A stretch of 64,000 bases of DNA from contig NC_043015.1 of the NCBI RefSeq assembly GCF_006345805.1, forward strand, positions 28,892,001 through 28,956,000. The letters run 5' to 3'. Positions 36,681 through 50,422 of the stretch are shown here, piece after piece. The stretch's first letter is position 1. Every line of letters starts with the position of its first letter. Source of the stretch: Octopus sinensis (taxonomy: Eukaryota). Made by a program: the position numbers and the translations under genes. The notes under the pieces were generated by a model, which saw nothing but the letters and a program-made list of their open reading frames with translations, was not told the DNA's origin and did not search any database.

Positions 36681-37059
36681 TGCCTTCAACACATACCACC
36701 ATACTTCTACTGCTACTAATGGTCTCCACATGTCACAAAACTAGGACATTATTTTATCATCGTTTTAACATCTGCTCTCCATGCTGGCATGGGTTGGATG
36801 GTTTGACAGGGAGCTGTCCAGGCTCCAACTATCTGTTGTGGCATGGTTTCTAAGGTTGGGTACCCTTCCTAATACCAACCACTTGAGTCTGCTGGGTGCT
36901 TTTTAAGTGACACTGGCACCTGTAAAGGACAAGCCTGTATGCGAGGAAGACAGAGGTTTTACTTAGCTGTGCATGTCTTATCAAGTATAGCAAATTGCCA
37001 TGAGACACATAAACAATGTCACTGTTTGTACTCTCAGTGGTTGATAGTGTGAAGACGTG

Positions 37060-37428
37060 GAGGCGCAATGGCCCAGTGGTTAGGGCAGCGGACTTGCGGT
37101 TTCGTTTCCCAGACCGGGCGTTGTGAGTGTTTATTGAGCGAAAACACCTAAAGCTCCACGAAGCTCTGGCAGGGATGGTGGTGATCCCTGCTGTACTCTT
37201 TCACCACAACTTTCTCTCACTCTTACTTCCTGTTTCTGATGTACCTGTATTTCAAAAGGCCGGCCTTGTCACTCTCTGTGTCACGCTGAATATCCCCGAG
37301 AACTACGTTAAGGGTACACGTGTTTGTGGAGTGCTCAGCCACTTACACGTTAATTTCACGAGCAGGCTGTTCCGTTGATTCGGATCAACCGGAACCCTCG
37401 TCGTCATAACCGACGGAGTGCTTCCATA
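37060..37428 (+). mobile_element. R4 tRNA-derived SINE (3' part also at about 430-605, 41560-41700 and 63865-64000)
   Basis: GGAGGCGCAATGGCCCAGTGGTTAGG A-box head; 3' block GTTAAGGGTACACGTG..CTCAGCCACT..GAGCAGGCTGTTCCGTTGAT recurs at the listed loci. Confidence 0.7.
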
Positions 37429-39140
37429 AGTGTGAAGACACTTGGAAACATAGAAACACACGTACACATACAAGTACCCACAATAGGCAGGAGGCATTTT
37501 GGTACAGGTGTTTTGGTGCCACTGATTTGACACTGACGTATTTGACATCAAAAGCTTTATTTCCAGGACATTTTGACACTGTAAAAGATTTTCATCTTCA
37601 GTTCTGTTTTCTCTCTCTGTTATCAGCTGACCATTGTTGCACACATCTTGACATCTTAAATAAAGAAATAACATTGTTCAATTTAGTCCTGGTTACACAG
37701 TATTAAAAAAAACTATATAGTCATGGCAAAAGATCTTTTAGTCCTCAGCTTGTTCAATCTGGGGTTGATGGTAGATACAGAAAGTTAGGGCATTGAAATT
37801 ATGACAGTACTGACGTGCGTATTTTTATATAGGAAAGGGACTGATAGCATAAAGGTCAGACACCTTAGAGATCAGGAGTGTCTGTAGTAGATTAAATCTT
37901 CAAAGAGGAATAATGTTACATCATCAATAACGATATATGATGTGTGTGTGTGTGTAATAATATATCACAGTAGCAAATGTAGCTCTATGACTATAAGCAA
38001 TGTAACAAGAGTTGGTTATCTTATTATAACCATTCACGCAATAACAATTCAATACTCCAATGTAGAATCAATAACGAGGCTAACGTCCTCACAGTTCGAC
38101 CTGAACTGTCTACTGTCTCATCTATTTAGAAGACTCTTCCAGTCCATTGACAGTCACGTGCGGGGATGTCAGCTCACTCCACAACAAATAGTTTGATTGG
38201 TAAATAGTTTAGTGTTGATACATTCAGTATTTTGCAATATTTTAGTAGATATTTAATGAAGTGATCACATTTGGTGAAGATCTCTGATCTGACATTGTTT
38301 GCGGATTTCTAAAACTTTATTAAGTATGAATCTTTTTTTTGTTACATGTAGCCCACATTTTGTATTATTTCTTTATGGAATGTATATTTTGGGGATCTCC
38401 CACTTGATTTTGAATGTGGATACTATGTTCTTGAAAGCACCAGATATAATTTGATAGTTGTGTTGCATTCTTATTATATATGAAGGAAAATGTATGATTG
38501 AAGAATCAAAGTGTTTATTCTTGATGTTTAGGTTTGATTTAGTTTGGTTGAGGTGTCTTCTTCATCATCATCATCCAGTGTTCCATGATTGTTTAACAGA
38601 ACATGTATTTGTATTTTGGCATGTGCATTTATCATTGGTTTATATATTTAGTTTATGTTGGTGGAACAGCTGTTACCCACTTTAATGTTATTACTAGTAA
38701 ATAGATATCTGTATTGCTGGTTGATAGGGAAGTGCTTATTTTATTTAGGCTAGGAAATTTCTAGCAATGTTAGACTTGACATTTAAGGAGACAGAAAGTG
38801 TGAACCAGATAATATCGTAATAATTTTTTACCATTGCATGGCAGGAGGTTAGCAACATATGTTATCTTACCTGAGTCCACTTTGTATTGTTGTAGCTGAG
38901 GGCTACATTATCATAGATATCTTATGATATTATTAATCAGGTTTTGGTAAATAACGGGTGGATGGTTGAAATCTATATTAGCATGCTTTTTCATTGGGTA
39001 TGCGATATGGTTTGTATTCTATATATGGTTATGTATATGAAACAATATATTTTTACACTAATAGATGTCATTTGATATGTTTCACTCAACCATGTTGTGA
39101 GAACTCTGATCAATGAGTTTGTGCAAATACCTATTATCTG

Positions 39141-39186
<46 letters not shown>

Positions 39187-39567
39187 CAGTGTCATGTTAA
39201 AAGTACTCAACACTCAATAAAAAGTTGGTGTTTGGAAGGGCATCCAGCCGTAGAAACCAGACAGGTCAGACTGGAAGCTGGTGCAGTTCCCTGGCTTGCT
39301 AGCTTTTGGTCAAACTCTCTGATCCATGCCAGCATGGGAAACAAACATTAAAGGAGGTTGATGATGGTGGTGATGGTGATATGTATGTATATGATGCAGG
39401 CATGGCTGCGTGGCTCAAGAAGTTTGCTTTTGCAGCCACATAGTTATGAGTTCAATCTTGCTGCTTGGCATCTTTGTCTTCTTGTGTAGTTGGTCAATGT
39501 CTTGCGAGTGGAAACAGTGGTAAATGGTAACTCCGTGTGTGTGTGTATGACTGGTTGGTTGCGATTC

Positions 39568-39985
39568 ATCATCATCATCATCGTTTAACGTCCGCTTTCC
39601 TTGCTAGTATGGGTTGGACGATTTGACTGAGGGCTGGCGAACCAGATGGCTGCACCAGGCTCCAATCTTGATCTGACACAGTTTCTACAGCTGGATGCCC
39701 TTCCTAAAAGCCAACCACTCCGAGAGTGTAGTGGGTGCTTTTACGTGCCACCAGCATGGGAGCCAGTCAGGCAGCACTGGCAATGACCTTGCTTGAATCT
39801 TTTTACACGTGCCACTGGCACAGGTGCCAGTAAGGTGATGCTGGTAACGATCACACTCGAATGGTGCCTTTTATGTGTCACCGGCACGGAGGCCGGTTAG
39901 CCGCTCTGGCAACGATCACACTCGTATGGTGCTCTTTGCACCCTACTAGCACGGATGCCAGTCATCGAATTTGATTTTGATTTCT
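39568..39985 (-). mobile_element. R3 element, long copy
   Basis: (CAT)n, body, modules and the 5' extension also seen at 60500. Confidence 0.75.
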
Positions 39986-40304
39986 TTGTGTGAAACCGCT
40001 TAAACAAAGTAGTGACATTACGTTGACATTCCCTGTCATCACGGTGTAGCTTTTCGCTTTTGCGGACAAGTAGGATTAAAAAAAAAAACTCAAAGACAGG
40101 TAAGGGCTAGTAGCAAGAAGGGTATCTAGCTGTAAAGTAATAATACCTATGGTAGCATGGAAGAAGGCATTAAACATATGAGTTAATGAATGGATGACAT
40201 CTAAAGGTGCTTGAAGAATACCTTCATTGAAATATGCAGTTAGAAATGAATCTCAAATTATTCTAGTTTTAAGTTTTGTTTTTTAAATTTTATATATTTT
40301 GTAG

Positions 40305-41183
40305 AAAATAAAATCTGAATACAAGAGACCTATGAAAATTAGGTCCAGAAAAGCAAGTTCAGGTGTAACCTGCACTGATAAAGCAGTCAAGATGAGGATG
40401 AAGACAGAAATAAGGGAGACCCCACAAACATATCACAAAATCTTACCCACACTTTACAACAATAACCAATCATTAAACCATGTGACGTCAAATGATAAGT
40501 CCCAATCATCATCTCCAAACACATTCCAAAACTCTGGAATAGTAAATAATTCTGATTTGGTTTCTGCAGTTTCAGAATATGATGAAAACGCTGTCGTTCC
40601 TAATTCTTCTAGCAATGTCTCCAACCATCAGGTTCAGTTGGTTTCCATCCCCTTTCCAACAAAACATACAAACCAAAACCCCGCAGACATTTCTGAATGG
40701 AATTCCGATGTAGTTGCACTTCCTTTGTCAATTCCAAGCAACACCTGTTCAGTGTCCGATAACTGTGCTATGGAGAATTCCACTTGCAATTTACCAAACT
40801 CTTTGAGAAGCAACATTGTTGTTACGGCTGTTGATCAAAATAACACGGATGTGAATGACATGGCATCAACTAATTCACAGCTCCTTCCTCGGAATTTGTT
40901 AGCTGCTGAAAGCAAACAGGGGTTGGTTTTAATACCCTACGACACCTCACTTTCTAGCAGCGAAACTATAGTTGCTGACCCATCTACTGACAGTCCCGAT
41001 GACAAACAATGTGTAACTAGAACAGGTATAAAAGAAGATAGCCATTTGGCTGATGCTGCGATGATAGCATCTAGCCAACAACATGAGAACTTGGATTATA
41101 AATTTTCAACAGAATTACATCAGCTGAAAATAGAAAAAGTTGATCCAAATTCAGAATCACAGTCACTGATAAAATACAAACAT
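40305..41183 (+). CDS. MGA: MGA-like large low-complexity exon (KIKSEYKRPMKIRSRK...LIKYKH)
   Basis: ttttgtag acceptor, CAT|gtgagt donor, 293 open codons, phase 0 to 0. Confidence 0.85.
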
Positions 41184-42140
41184 GTGAGTGGATATATTTT
41201 AATTTCATTTATGCATAAATTAACCCGAATTTGTTGGAACAAATGCTATGTATATATACTCTGCATGGTTATCTTTATTTAGCATGATATAGTTTGTTGC
41301 TGACATCATGTGAGTTGAAGTATGACAACTTTTGATAAGAACTCACTAATGCATGATAAAATTTTGCTATCATTCTTTGGGGAGTTCTTGTGAAAATGAG
41401 TCAGCAATTTGGCTTTGATTGTTAGCTGTAATTATTTCAATTAAGTCTTGAATGCTTGTTGTAAAATCACGAATGCAACAATGTCTAGTCCCCATTGCCA
41501 AAATACTCAGTCGTTATAGCCTGTATTGTAAAATAACACTCTATTAAGTTTAAGTGGGAGTCTGTTGGTTATGATGACAAGGATTCAAGTCGCTCTGATC
41601 AATGGAACAGCCAGCTTGTAAAATTAATGTGCAAGTAGGTGAGCAACCCTTAATGCGGTTAAGGAGATTCAGTGTGACAAGGCTGGTCCCTTGAGATACA
41701 GATACTGCCCAATTTTTCCAGCTGAGTGGACTGGAGCAACATGAAATAAAGTTTCTTGCTCAAGGATACAATGCACGACCTGGTATTGAACTCACAACCT
41801 TGCCATCATGAGCTGAATTCCCTAACCACTAAATTTTGCGCTTTCACACTGTTATAGAAAGTTGGACACTGTACATAGAATCAATTTGTTATTGACAATT
41901 AAATCTGTGATTCAGTTCCAGTTATTGGTTTGATCTTCTTCCATTCCCCAGACATCTCATTCTTCAGGTTTATATCAGCAATTATCATTTATGGTTGAAA
42001 TTTCTGCCTATTAACCCTTTCGTTACCAATCCACCTGTTGACACCCGAAATAACCTATTCTTATTCAAATGAGAATTTCAGCATAAATCTTATTAGCTCA
42101 ATCATAAAAAAACATGATTTCACTCTGTAAACAATTGAGT

Positions 42141-42293
42141 TCTATCTATCTATCTATCCGCTCAGTTGAAGTCGACTCTCGGTTACTCGATGGATCAGTG
42201 TCCTCCAGTCAATTCTATCCTGGGCTGCTTCTTTCAGATTGGCTATGTCCATGTCCGTTCCGGTATCCCTCTTGATGGTGTCAAGCCAGTGGG
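42141..42293 (-). mobile_element. RTE LINE 3' fragment with (GATA)n tail
   Basis: Minus strand gives WLDTIKRDTG...EAAQDRIDWRTLIHRV..S*, the RTE C-terminal AQDR..WR motif. A lone piggyBac TIR lies at 42011. Confidence 0.75.
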
Positions 42294-42899
42294 TTCTGAA
42301 ATGTTTCGCTTTGAAAGAAAACTGGTCACCAGTTTCATTTTGTCAAGTGGCGAGATTGAATTCAAAGGATTTTTGAAGAAGACAGAAAAATCTAGCAAAA
42401 TATACAGCAGACTTAAAAAAATCCTGCATGTGATTATGAATTGGATATTTCTATTTCCGAAAATGAAACAATTCTGAAAACAGTAAAAAAGAACAAATTT
42501 GTACCTGCATGTAGTAAGAATTTAAAAGCTACTTTCTTAGTGACTTTTCCCTTTGAATCGATTACTGCAGAAATGAATTGGTATACAGGACATTAACAAA
42601 AAAGGGGAAATTTACCTTTGGTTTGCTTTTTTTATACCTCTAAGATGTGTGACGAATTTTCATTAATTTGTATTGTGCATCATTATTGTATGTGCTTCTG
42701 TATATTTATGTATGCATGTGTGTTAGTTTGTGTATTTCGTTTTCTAGTTTCTTCCAAGTTGAATTCCAGTGTTTATGGTGTATCTGTCTATTTATGCATG
42801 ATGTTCAAATGATAATCCAATAATTTGCACAATTCTTTTATATTAAAATTTTGTTGTACAATTATGCAATAGATTTGGTTACTTACACACACACACACA

Positions 42900-43260
42900 T
42901 AAAATACAAAATGGAACAAGAACGCAAAACATCTGGACAACTAGGTGATACAAAAGGGGACAACAAAACATCCAGATAAACGATAAAGAAAACAAGGATG
43001 GGTCATTCGAAGCCCTCTATCCTCAGTCAAGCACCAGATTATATTCGCATTTTTGGCTGGTTATTCTTGAGATTGCTCCAATCTGGCCAGCCTCAAGGAA
43101 AAAACTGAGCTAAGAGCATTAGATTCCTTGGAAGAAAGCAGCGAATGTATACAAAAACAAGGGCAATGTTACACAAATATAAATACAATAAAATAATAAC
43201 AGGACATAACAACAGGTGTCTTTCGACTAAGGACAAATTGAATTAAGCTGGCGCGTGTGG
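42900..43260 (-). repeat. Unclassified repeat, homologous to 44300-44790 (possible Penelope-like terminal repeat)
   Basis: About 160 bp alignable block CATTCGAAGCCCTC...CTTGAGATTGCTCC...GGAAGAAAGC..CGAATGTATACAA shared by the two loci. Confidence 0.45.
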
Positions 43261-43275
43261 TAATGTGTGTGTATG

Positions 43276-43313
<38 letters not shown>

Positions 43314-43581
43314 TACACATTCTACCTATTAGTTTAATTATTCTAAGTAAAATAGTTAAAAAGAAAGTAGCTGCCTCTCCATTTATTAAATGTACGCTTT
43401 GCAATGGAGAAGCTATTCAGCAGTTCATAGAAATCTTGATTTGACAAAAAATACTTATTTTTCATTCAGGAATTTGTATCGCTTTGTACCTTTCTTATTT
43501 GTGACTTGTAAAACTCCTTTATCTCCATACCTTGTAAATTTACAATGTTTTTTTTTCTTTTTCCTTTTTAATAATCTTCAG

Positions 43582-43719
43582 ATGGACAATCTAAGTTACA
43601 AGACTGATTCAGGAATCGGTTCAGCTACATCAGTGCCAAATGACGTCTATTTGGATGTTGATTGTTATGAAGACATAATTGTCGATGATGAAGGATACCA
43701 CAATGCTTGCAACTCTAGT
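43582..43719 (+). CDS. MGA: MGA-like acidic exon (MDNLSYKTDSGIG...DVDCYEDIIVDDEG...NSS)
   Basis: ataatcttcag acceptor, AGT|gtaagt donor, 46 codons; an acidic E/D-x-I-x-V-D-type motif upstream of the bHLH is typical of Myc-network proteins. Confidence 0.8.
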
Positions 43720-44195
43720 GTAAGTCTCTCGAATAATAATCTTCCATGTAACATTTCTCAAATTTCATTAATATGTTTTGTTTGCTTTAGCTTATTAACT
43801 GCCACATGTACCACTGCTGGTTCATCTCAGACTTCGCACAACCACCCATATTTTCTGCAGCCAGATGCTCTTCCTGTCACACACACTCCCTACTGGTGGT
43901 ACATTTTCATAACCTGAGAAAATGCTTTATTCTGTATCTTTGACATGGATTTGTAGGATATCTAAATAACATGAAATGATAAATTTTTAGCATGAAATTC
44001 TAAAAGTTTAATTATGAAAAGCTCAGTTTTTATAGGTTCAGGAATGCCAGTATGGTAAGAAGCTTGCTTCCCAACCACATGGCTCTGGGTTCAGTCCCAC
44101 TGCATGGCACCTTCGGCAAGCGTCTTCTACTATAGCCTTGGGCTGACCAAAACTTTGGGAGTGGATTTGGTAGACGGAAACTGGAAGAAGCCCAT

Positions 44196-44263
<68 letters not shown>

Positions 44264-44299
44264 TCAAGTACTCACCCCGAATTTCTATATATATATATA

Positions 44300-44790
44300 G
44301 GTAAACAGTAAAAATAATTACAGACATGGACAAGAACATGAAACACCACAGAGACGACACAGAACCACAGGACGGGACATTCGAAGCCCTCAGTCATCAG
44401 TGAAGAACCAGATCATCTTAGCAATTTCGGCTGATTAATCTTGAGATTGCTCCGATATGGCAGCCCGCCATGGGAAATCTAAGCCAAGCGCATTAGATCC
44501 CATGGAAGAAAGCTTCGAATGTATACAACACGAGGACGGAAAACGAACGAAGTACACGAACAAAAATACAGAATACGTGACACCAATAAGAATACAAAAA
44601 CGTAAAACAATAACGGTAAAAATAAAAAACAGAACAAAACCAGGACGTAGGACAAGGTCTTTCGACAGGACGAGTTGAGTTTGGGGCTGGCTTATGAAGT
44701 TGTGCCTAATGGCCGCAGGGAGACGAACAAATACGTGTTGCTCGGCGACTGCTGGAACGAAAAGAGCGCTCAACAGTGGCTAGCGGTCAC
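44300..44790 (-). repeat. Unclassified repeat, second copy, nested in the (TA)n of an S1 SINE (head about 44040-44200)
   Basis: Homology with 42900-43260; S1 sequence resumes at about 44830. Confidence 0.45.
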
Positions 44791-45089
44791 GTGAGAACAA
44801 AAGACAGGAGAAAGGGACAGATGAAAAGAGAGAGAAGGTGGACATATATTTGTGTGTGTCTCTGTTTGTACCCCGCCATTGCTTGACAACTGATCTTATT
44901 TGGAAATGAGACAATTGGTGACAAGAAAGGCAACAAAATAAAGAATGTATGTCTTAACAGCTCCATCCAACCCATGCGAATATGGAAAAAAATGAATGTT
45001 AAAATGATAATTATGATTATTTGTTATTTAATAATTAACGATAAGGATTACCATTAATAATTATGTAACTGTTCTCTTTAATTTTTCAG

Positions 45090-45157
45090 TCCGCAAAAGA
45101 CAAGAGAAACAGCAAAAGGTTCAGGAATGATATCCAGCGTTCACGTCATATGTCTAG
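45090..45157 (+). CDS. MGA: MGA-like exon, start of bHLH basic region (SAKDKRNSKRFRNDIQRSRHMS)
   Basis: atttttcag acceptor, AG|gttggt donor, phase 0 to 2. Confidence 0.85.
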
Positions 45158-45375
45158 GTTGGTGATATTCCTCTTTTATGAAGCACTGTTTTTTATTTTG
45201 TTGAAACCGAATTATTGCAACAACTAAATACCAATAATACATAAAGGTTGTCAGATTTTTACAACATTAACTCGCACTAGACTTGGTTCATAGACATATG
45301 GTAAAAACATTGATGTACTTATAAATATAGGCAAATATATCTATGTAATTACTGGTATATGTATTTGTGTATGTA

Positions 45376-45549
45376 GGTGCAGGCATGGCTGTGTGGCATG
45401 AAGCTTGCTTTCCAACCACATGGTGGTAGGTTCAGTCCTTCTGTGTGACATCTTGGGCAAGTGTCTTCTATTACAGCCTTGGGATGACCAAAGCCTTGTG
45501 AGTGGATTTGGTAGCTGGAAACTGAAAGAAGCCTGTCATATATATATAT

Positions 45550-45584
<35 letters not shown>

Positions 45585-45785
45585 TTATTTATGCGTATGT
45601 GTCTTTGTGTTTGTAAACCCCACCTCCTACCATCACTTGGCAACCGGTGTTGGTGTGTTTATGTCCTCGTAACTTAGCAGGGACATAAAAAGAATAAGTC
45701 CTGGGATCAGTTTCTTCGACTAAAAAGCCCTTAATAGGCAGTGCTCCAGCATGGTCACAGTCAGATGACTGAAACAAATAAAAGA
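45376..45785 (+). mobile_element. S1 SINE (diverged)
   Basis: Family head, microsatellite and tail. Confidence 0.8.
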
Positions 45786-46154
45786 ATGCATGGATGTGCA
45801 TGTGTGTATATGCACATCTATGCATATTTATACATGGTTGTTCACAATTGTGTAGCTATCATGTCCTTTCTGTGGTCATAATCTATTATACAGTTATTTT
45901 CCCAATCCCCCGTTCTCCTATGCTGGATCAAGATGTTATAAAAATAAAAGGGAATTGAGATGTTCAAACTGGCCAGATTCAGCCTCTCACACCAACCCTA
46001 TATAATAGCATTCTAAAAATGAACAATCACGTCATCAAAATCTCGAAGTGACAAGGTAATGCATGACTAATTCAAAGCAATGTGAATCAATAAGCATTAC
46101 ATTTGATAGAATGCTAAACGGTTAAACCAACCATATCTAGCCTAAATATTCTAC

Positions 46155-46385
46155 TTACTCTTTACTCTTTTTTACTCTTTTACCTGTTTCAGTCATTTGA
46201 CTGTGGCCATGCTGGAGCACCGCCTTTAGTCGAGCAACTCGACCCTGGGACTTATTCTTTTTGTAAGCCCAGAACTTATTCTATCAGTCTCTTTAGCCGA
46301 ACCACTAAGTAACGGCGACGTAAACACACCAGCATCGGTTGTCAAGCAATGCCAGGGGACAAACACAGACACACAAACACACACA

Positions 46386-46425
<40 letters not shown>

Positions 46426-46610
46426 CATACATATATATACATATATATGACGGGCTTCTTTCAGTTTCTGTCTACCAAATCCACTCACAAGGCTTTGGTC
46501 GGCCCGAGGCTATAGTAGAAGACACTTGCCCAAGGTGCCACGCAGTGGGACTGAACCCGGGACCATGTGGTTGGTAAACAAGCTTCTTACCACACAGCCA
46601 CTCCTGCGCC
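46155..46610 (-). mobile_element. S1 SINE
   Basis: Full-length copy. Confidence 0.85.
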
Positions 46611-46667
46611 TATACTTGTTTATGTTCAAATCAGTCCGCTCTGGCCTTAAACACACCTTCCCTACAA

Positions 46668-47330
46668 TCATCTTCATCATCATCATCATCGTTTAACGTC
46701 CGCTTTCCATGCTAGCATGGGTTGGACGATTTTGACTGAGGGCTGGGGAACCAGATGGCTGCACCGGGCTCCAATCTTGATCTGGCAGAGTTTCTACTGC
46801 TGGATGCCCTTCCTAACGCCAACCACTCTGAGAGTGTAGTGGGTGCTTTTTACATGCCACCGGCACAGGGGCCAGTCAGGTGGTACGGGCAATGACCTTG
46901 CTCGAATCTTCTTACAGGTGCCAGTAAGGCGACGCTGGCAGAAGCGTTAGCACGTCGGGCGAAATGCTTAGTGGTATTTCGGCTGCCGTTACGTTGTGAG
47001 TTCAAATTCCGCCGAGGTCGACTTTGCCTTTCATCCTTTCGGGGTCAATAAATTAAGTACCAGCTATGTACTGGGGTCGATGTAATCGACTTAATACCTA
47101 TGTCTGTCCTTGTTTGTCCCCTCTGTGTTTAGCCCCTTGTGGGTAATAAAGAAATAGGTACCGGCAACGACCTCGCTCAAATCTCTTTACACATGCCACC
47201 AGCACAGGTGCCAGTAAGGCGACGCTGGTAACGATCACGCTCAAATGGTGCCTTTTCTGTGCCACCGGCATGGAAGCCAGTTAGCCGCTCTGGCAATGAT
47301 CACGCTTGGATGGTGCTCTTGGCTCACAAT
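46668..47330 (-). mobile_element. R3 element with nested S2 SINE (46936-47160, plus strand)
   Basis: R3 body resumes after the S2 tail. Confidence 0.75.
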
Positions 47331-47487
47331 GTCTGTCTAAAAGTAGACAATTGTGTCGTTGAATCTTTGAAGCTACAAGATAATGTATGATTAATTTAGA
47401 ATAATGTGAATAAAGAAGAATTATATTTGACAGAGAAAAACATGAATGGTAAAAGGTTAAAGAAATATTTTTTGTCATTTTCTTCAG

Positions 47488-47605
47488 GGAACGGGAACGT
47501 CGTCTTCAAATACTGAGCAAAATGACCATGTTACAGTTGGTAGTGTATGAGAATGATCCAGAGAATAGGAATAAGATTCTTCCAAAGCAAGTTATTTTGG
47601 ATACA
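47488..47605 (+). CDS. MGA: MGA-like bHLH exon (RERERRLQILSKMTMLQLVVYENDPENRNKILPKQVILDT)
   Basis: tcttcag acceptor, ACA|gtaagt donor, phase 2 to 0; spliced basic region HMSRERERR has the H5-E9-R13 pattern of CACGTG-binding bHLHs. Confidence 0.9.
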
Positions 47606-48996
47606 GTAAGTATGTTTGCAACTTGGGTTTGCTTAATCTTTAGCACGCTGTAGGTGCATCATGTCACCATATGAGTTTTCTCCCCTGTAGTAACAGAGCA
47701 GTGGCGGGAAATACAATTCTAGAGAAAATGCACTCTGCTGAAGGTTAAACTGCATCCCGCTTCCCACCGAAATAATTGTACCCAGCAAGAGTACCCAGTC
47801 ATCATCATCATTGTTTAACATCCATCTTCCATACTGGCATGGGTTGGACAGTTTGACCTGCATCAGACTGTTTTGGCAGGGTTTTCAGGGCTGGATGCCC
47901 TTCCTAACATCAACCACCCAGCAAAGTGGACAGAGTGCTTTTTATGTGGCACCAGCACAGGTGAGGTCAGTTTTGGCAAGGTTTTTACAGCTGGATGCCA
48001 TTCCAAATGCCAACCACTTTACTGTGTGGACTGGATGTATGGAAATAAAGAAAATATATATATAGAAATGGATCTTGGTTATAGTTTCTGACTATAAGTG
48101 CTAAGATATTCAAAAAGTTATACAAGGCGAATTGAATAAGCGTGTAAGTAGTTGAGTATTCTATGGACATATATACCTTTTAATGTAATTCTTGGGGGAA
48201 TAATTAAGTATACTGTAACTAGGCCATACCTTTGAATTCCAAGTACAGTCCATCCAATGAGCTTCTACACAGTTATCACCTATGCAATTTCACTTATTAG
48301 GTATGGGTCAAACCAAGTTCAAAGAAAATGACAATTGCTCATCATGCTATGAAATGGGATTGAACCTGTGACCTTGTGACTGAATTGATCTTAATTGTTT
48401 GACCAACTGTGCCTACAGGTTTCATTTTATGAATTCATGCAAATAGTGTTGACCTTATTTGGTCTTGTTAAACTAAATCAATCAAAATGGCCTGTGTTTA
48501 TCTCCTTCGTTATTGGAGATATTTGAACAATTTTTCTTTCTTGTTACTGTATATCTCCCCGTATAATCCTCGTGCAATGTCCTCTTATCAGAGAGATCTC
48601 AAATGTTCTCAGATTTCACTTTGTTACCACCAAGTCAGGTTACTTTTCGTCAGCAGTTATCATCTCATTTGCTTTACATTTCCATGTCAATGTAGCCAGC
48701 CATGTGTAACCGTACATGGACAAAGACATGTTTGTGACTGGCATGATTTTTTTTTCTCAGTATCTGAGTTTATTTTGGTTTTATAAAACACGAATAGACA
48801 GTAATAATGAGTTATGAATAGATCGTTAAGTTTTAACATTAATTTTCTCACATTACATATGGTACAGTGAGTCACCTAAATGCCTAGATTTTAAAGATTT
48901 CTGTGAAGGATTGATATTATCAACAAAAATAGGAATAAATTAATAATACCACGTGTTCAATAAATGGAAACTGATTTAGCTTTTTTATTTTGACAG

Positions 48997-49108
48997 GCAA
49001 TAGAACTCGTCCATACCTTAAAGATTGGTGAAGATAGTTTAGTATCACTGATAAGTTGTTTGTATACAAAAAATAACTTTCTCTGGGAGAAGTTATCAAA
49101 AGTTAAAG
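48997..49108 (+). CDS. MGA: MGA-like helix 2 and leucine zipper exon (AIELVHTLKIGEDSLVSLISCLYTKNNFLWEKLSKVK)
   Basis: ttttgacag acceptor, G|gtaatt donor; four leucines at heptad spacing. Confidence 0.9.
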
Positions 49109-49671
49109 GTAATTATTTTCCCCTCACTTTTGAATTCATTTAAAATCTTTTTAATCAAGTGTTGAAGCATATCTATAAATTTTGGCAGTCATATATCTGT
49201 GTGTGTGTATGCCCTGTTTGTGTAGTTACAAAGTGTTTTTGAAATTTGTATATATTTCTAATTGTTGAGGCAGGAGCAAATTATATCATTGATGGGGATT
49301 TCTTATGAAATTTTCTCAGTGAAATCTGATAGATGCAAACTGTGTGTAAGCCTATTCCTGTTCTTTGGTGGGGGACTTAATCTGCAATGCAGTTTAACAG
49401 CACCACACATCACCTTGGGTGCCTTTAGTGGATTCTCCTTTTCACCAGTCTTTGAGACTCTGAAAATAAGCTGTTCGTACTGTCTTTCCTACTAAGACTA
49501 CACCTTTCTGAAAGGGAGAAAAAATGGTTTATAATTCTTTGATGCTTCTTGTTTGATTTTTCTGGGTTCAAGTTTGGTAAGTGTATTCAGAAAAATGGAA
49601 ATGATTAAAAAGACTAAAAAGCATTAGATTAATTTAAATATTAAACTAAGTTTTATTGCCTATTTTGGTGT

Positions 49672-49899
49672 TTAACCCTTTAGTGTTCAAATTAATATGT
49701 CAGAAGTAATCCTTATTCATTTACATTTAAAAAAATTAACCTGGTATTATCTTATAGCTTCAAGATTTGAAAGATGTAATTGTTTATTTTTAGAATGACA
49801 TTGCAGGGTAGGTGTGAGATACTGGTTCTGGCCAGTTTGAGCATAATATGAGTAGAATATTTGGGCCAGATACAGCCGGTTTAAACACTAAAGAGTTAA
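49672..49899 (+). mobile_element. piggyBac MITE family B
   Basis: TTAA flanks, family B TIRs. Confidence 0.75.
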
Positions 49900-50422
49900 A
49901 CATCAATTCATATTAGAGTTGATAAAATAATTTCCTATTGTATACTGAGTCAATCTTCCATGTATCTTCCTCTGCACTGATCTTTGTGGCTATGAAAAAA
50001 ACCAATTACTTGAATTCATCATCAGCAACCCCTGGACATTACTCAGTTTCCACAGCATACAAGTGACCCAGATCACAACGCTCCACACCTGAACAGGACA
50101 CCGGTCAATTGCAGGGTTATTTGTTTAGAACAGTGGACTGGAACAATTTGAAGTGAAGTGTTTTGCTCAAGAATGTAATGCACTGCCCTGTCCAGGAATT
50201 GAAACCATGATCTTGTAATCATGACTGCAACGTCCTAACCAGCTAGGCCATGCATCTTCACCTATTTGGTTTCCAGCAATTACTCTCTGAAGAGTTTTCA
50301 GAGTTTCTTAGATTTGAAGGATGAAGATATTAAAGATAAATGTTGATTTTAAATATTCCCTCCTTATTAATGTTTTTTTTTTTTCAAACTTTATTGGAGT
50401 GTGTTGTTCTTTTTTTAAACAG

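Noticed and set aside
42166-42477. 103-aa plus-strand ORF
   Set aside because: Begins antisense within an RTE 3' fragment and lacks usable splice sites.
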